From a plasmid: a stretch of 6,677 nt of DNA. Shown one piece after another: positions 5,676 through 6,677 of this stretch; position 1 is the first letter of the stretch; every line of letters begins with the position of its first letter. Made by a program: the position numbers and the translations under genes. The stretch lies in the sequence record NZ_CP071298.1; one strand, given 5' to 3'. The notes under the pieces are model-generated. The model had not been told where the DNA came from, did no database searches, and saw only the letters and a program-made list of their open reading frames with translations.

Positions 5676-5704
5676 ATTATAGCATAGGCTTTCTTCCTTG
5701 ATAA
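5676..5704 (-). promoter_or_regulatory. Minus-strand promoter (extended -10 TGcTATAAT at 5684..5676; -35-like TTATCA at 5704..5699, 17-bp spacer) driving the 42-aa ORF
   Basis: Read on the reverse complement: ttatcaaggaagaaagcctaTGcTATAAT. It sits 9 bp outside the Tn917-like terminal repeat. Confidence 0.4.
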
Positions 5705-5712
5705 CCTCTATA

Positions 5713-5785
5713 GGGGTCCCGAGCGCCTACGAGAAATTTGTATCGATAAGAAATAGATTTAAAAATTTCGCTGTTATTTTGTACA
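5713..5785 (+). repeat. Tn917/Tn3-family-like terminal inverted repeat (GGGGTCCCGAGCGCCTACGAGAAATTTGTATCGATAAG) plus adjacent sequence; direct-repeat partner of 499-569 (DR-B)
   Basis: Starts with GGGG at 5713 as Tn3-family IRs do. From memory the sequence matches the Tn917 left terminus. Near-identical in direct orientation to 499-569. Confidence 0.7.
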
Positions 5786-6038
5786 TTTAACTTGACGGTG
5801 ACATCTCTCTATTGTGAGTTATTAGTGGTACAGTTTTCAACCGTTTTAATTATAAAAAAGTGGTGCATTTTTAAATTGGCACAAACAGGTAACGGTTATT
5901 GCAGGTGTATTTCTTATCTATGGGTTTAACATGGATTTTATCATTAAAATCATGAGTATTGTCCGAGAGTGATTGGTCTTGCGTATGGTTAACCCTAAAG
6001 TTATGGAAATAAGACTTAGAAGCAAACTTAAGAGTGTG

Positions 6039-6071
6039 TTGATAGTGCATTATCTTAAAATTTTGTATAAT
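6039..6071 (+). promoter_or_regulatory. Probable erm(B) promoter (TTGATA ... TGTATAAT)
   Basis: TTGATA at 6039-6044 and TGTATAAT at 6064-6071, upstream of ermBL. Spacing between the hexamers is long at 21 bp, so the exact -35 is uncertain. Confidence 0.4.
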
Positions 6072-6128
6072 AGGAATTGAAGTTAAATTAGATGCTAAAA
6101 ATTTGTAATTAAGAAGGAGGGATTCGTC

Positions 6129-6212
6129 ATGTTGGTATTCCAAATGCGTAATGTAGATAAAACATCTACTGTTTTGAAACAGACTAAAAACAGTGATTAC
6201 GCAGATAAATAA
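6129..6212 (+). CDS. ermBL: erm(B) leader peptide (27 aa) MLVFQMRNVDKTSTVLKQTKNSDYADK
   Basis: Short ORF with a strong RBS AAGGAGGG at 6114-6121. The peptide sequence is the known ErmBL stalling/attenuation leader of erm(B). Confidence 0.88.
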   Translation: MLVFQMRNVDKTSTVLKQTKNSDYADK

Positions 6213-6336
6213 ATACGTTAGATTAATTCCTACCAGTGACTAATCTTATGACTTTTTAAACAGATAACTAAAATTACAAACAAATCGTTTAACTTCTGTA
6301 TTTATTTATAGATGTAATCACTTCAGGAGTGATTAA
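6190..6336 (+). promoter_or_regulatory. erm(B) translational attenuator (leader-ermB intergenic inverted repeats sequestering the ermB SD)
   Basis: GTGATTAC at 6194-6201 is complementary to GTAATCAC at 6313-6320. TAATCACT at 6314-6321 is complementary to AGTGATTA at 6326-6333, which flanks the ermB SD AGGAG (6325-6329). This is the classical alternative-pairing arrangement of erm attenuators. Confidence 0.6.
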
Positions 6337-6677
6337 ATGAACAAAAATATAAAATATTCTCAAAACTTTTTAACGAGTGAAAAAGTACTCAACCAAATAA
6401 TAAAACAATTGAATTTAAAAGAAACCGATACCGTTTACGAAATTGGAACAGGTAAAGGGCATTTAACGACGAAACTGGCTAAAATAAGTAAACAGGTAAC
6501 GTCTATTGAATTAGACAGTCATCTATTCAACTTATCGTCAGAAAAATTAAAACTGAATACTCGTGTCACTTTAATTCACCAAGATATTCTACAGTTTCAA
6601 TTCCCTAACAAACAGAGGTATAAAATTGTTGGGAATATTCCTTACCATTTAAGCACACAAATTATTAAAAAAGTGGT
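6337..6677 (+). CDS. ermB: 23S rRNA (adenine-N6)-dimethyltransferase Erm(B), 5' part (codons 1-113 plus 2 nt); continues at position 1 across the circular junction
   Basis: ATG at 6337 preceded by AGGAG at 6325-6329 with a 7-nt spacer. Translation [114 protein letters not shown] matches the Erm(B) N-terminus as I recall it. The frame runs off the window end and resumes in-frame at position 1 (gt+t = Val). Confidence 0.95.
   Translation, partial: MNKNIKYSQNFLTSEKVLNQIIKQLNLKETDTVYEIGTGKGHLTTKLAKISKQVTSIELDSHLFNLSSEKLKLNTRVTLIHQDILQFQFPNKQRYKIVGNIPYHLSTQIIKKV

Larger units (their letters stand above)
5713..6677 (+). mobile_element. Tn917-like transposon left-end fragment, part 1 (IRL, promoter, ermBL, 5' part of ermB); continues at 1..829
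   Basis: Gene order IRL, leader, erm, ORF3, DR, res, tnpR matches Tn917. The left boundary is sharp at the GGGG terminal repeat. No right end and no tnpA are present. Confidence 0.65.

Noticed and set aside
5871-6143. Minus-strand 90-aa ORF across the ermB promoter and leader region
   Set aside because: It overlaps the erm promoter and ermBL on the opposite strand and has no RBS. The region is known regulatory DNA.

Overview
The window reads as a complete small circular plasmid of about 6.7 kb. The erm(B) gene is split across the window ends: codons 1-113 run to position 6677 and the reading frame continues without interruption at position 1, giving exactly 245 codons plus a stop. There are two modules. 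(1) A Tn917-like left-end fragment: a GGGG-initiated terminal inverted repeat at 5713, the erm(B) promoter, the 27-aa leader peptide ErmBL, the attenuator, erm(B), the small downstream ORF3, an internal direct copy of the left-end sequence, a probable res-site remnant, and only the first 28 codons of the resolvase, followed by a strong terminator. (2) A theta-type replicon of the kind found in lactic acid bacteria: AT-rich repeats, 3.5 copies of a 22-bp iteron, a promoter/operator inverted repeat, a Rep_3-family initiator (386 aa), a downstream helix-turn-helix plus coiled-coil OrfX-like protein (195 aa), and a translationally coupled orphan type I R-M specificity subunit HsdS (about 413 aa, two target-recognition domains, no hsdM or hsdR). 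The non-coding third of the plasmid (840-2150) holds a cluster of stem-loops, a candidate MOBQ/RSF1010-like oriT (an inverted repeat followed by GTAAGTGCGC) with no relaxase gene, and dispersed degenerate repeats. A short minus-strand ORF (5647-5519), with its own extended -10 promoter and terminator, resembles the extreme N-terminus of MmeI-family R-M enzymes and is probably a remnant. Nothing here is clearly a novel multi-gene system. The most notable items are the orphan, mosaic HsdS wired into the rep operon, the relaxase-less oriT, and the recombinogenic repeats flanking erm(B).
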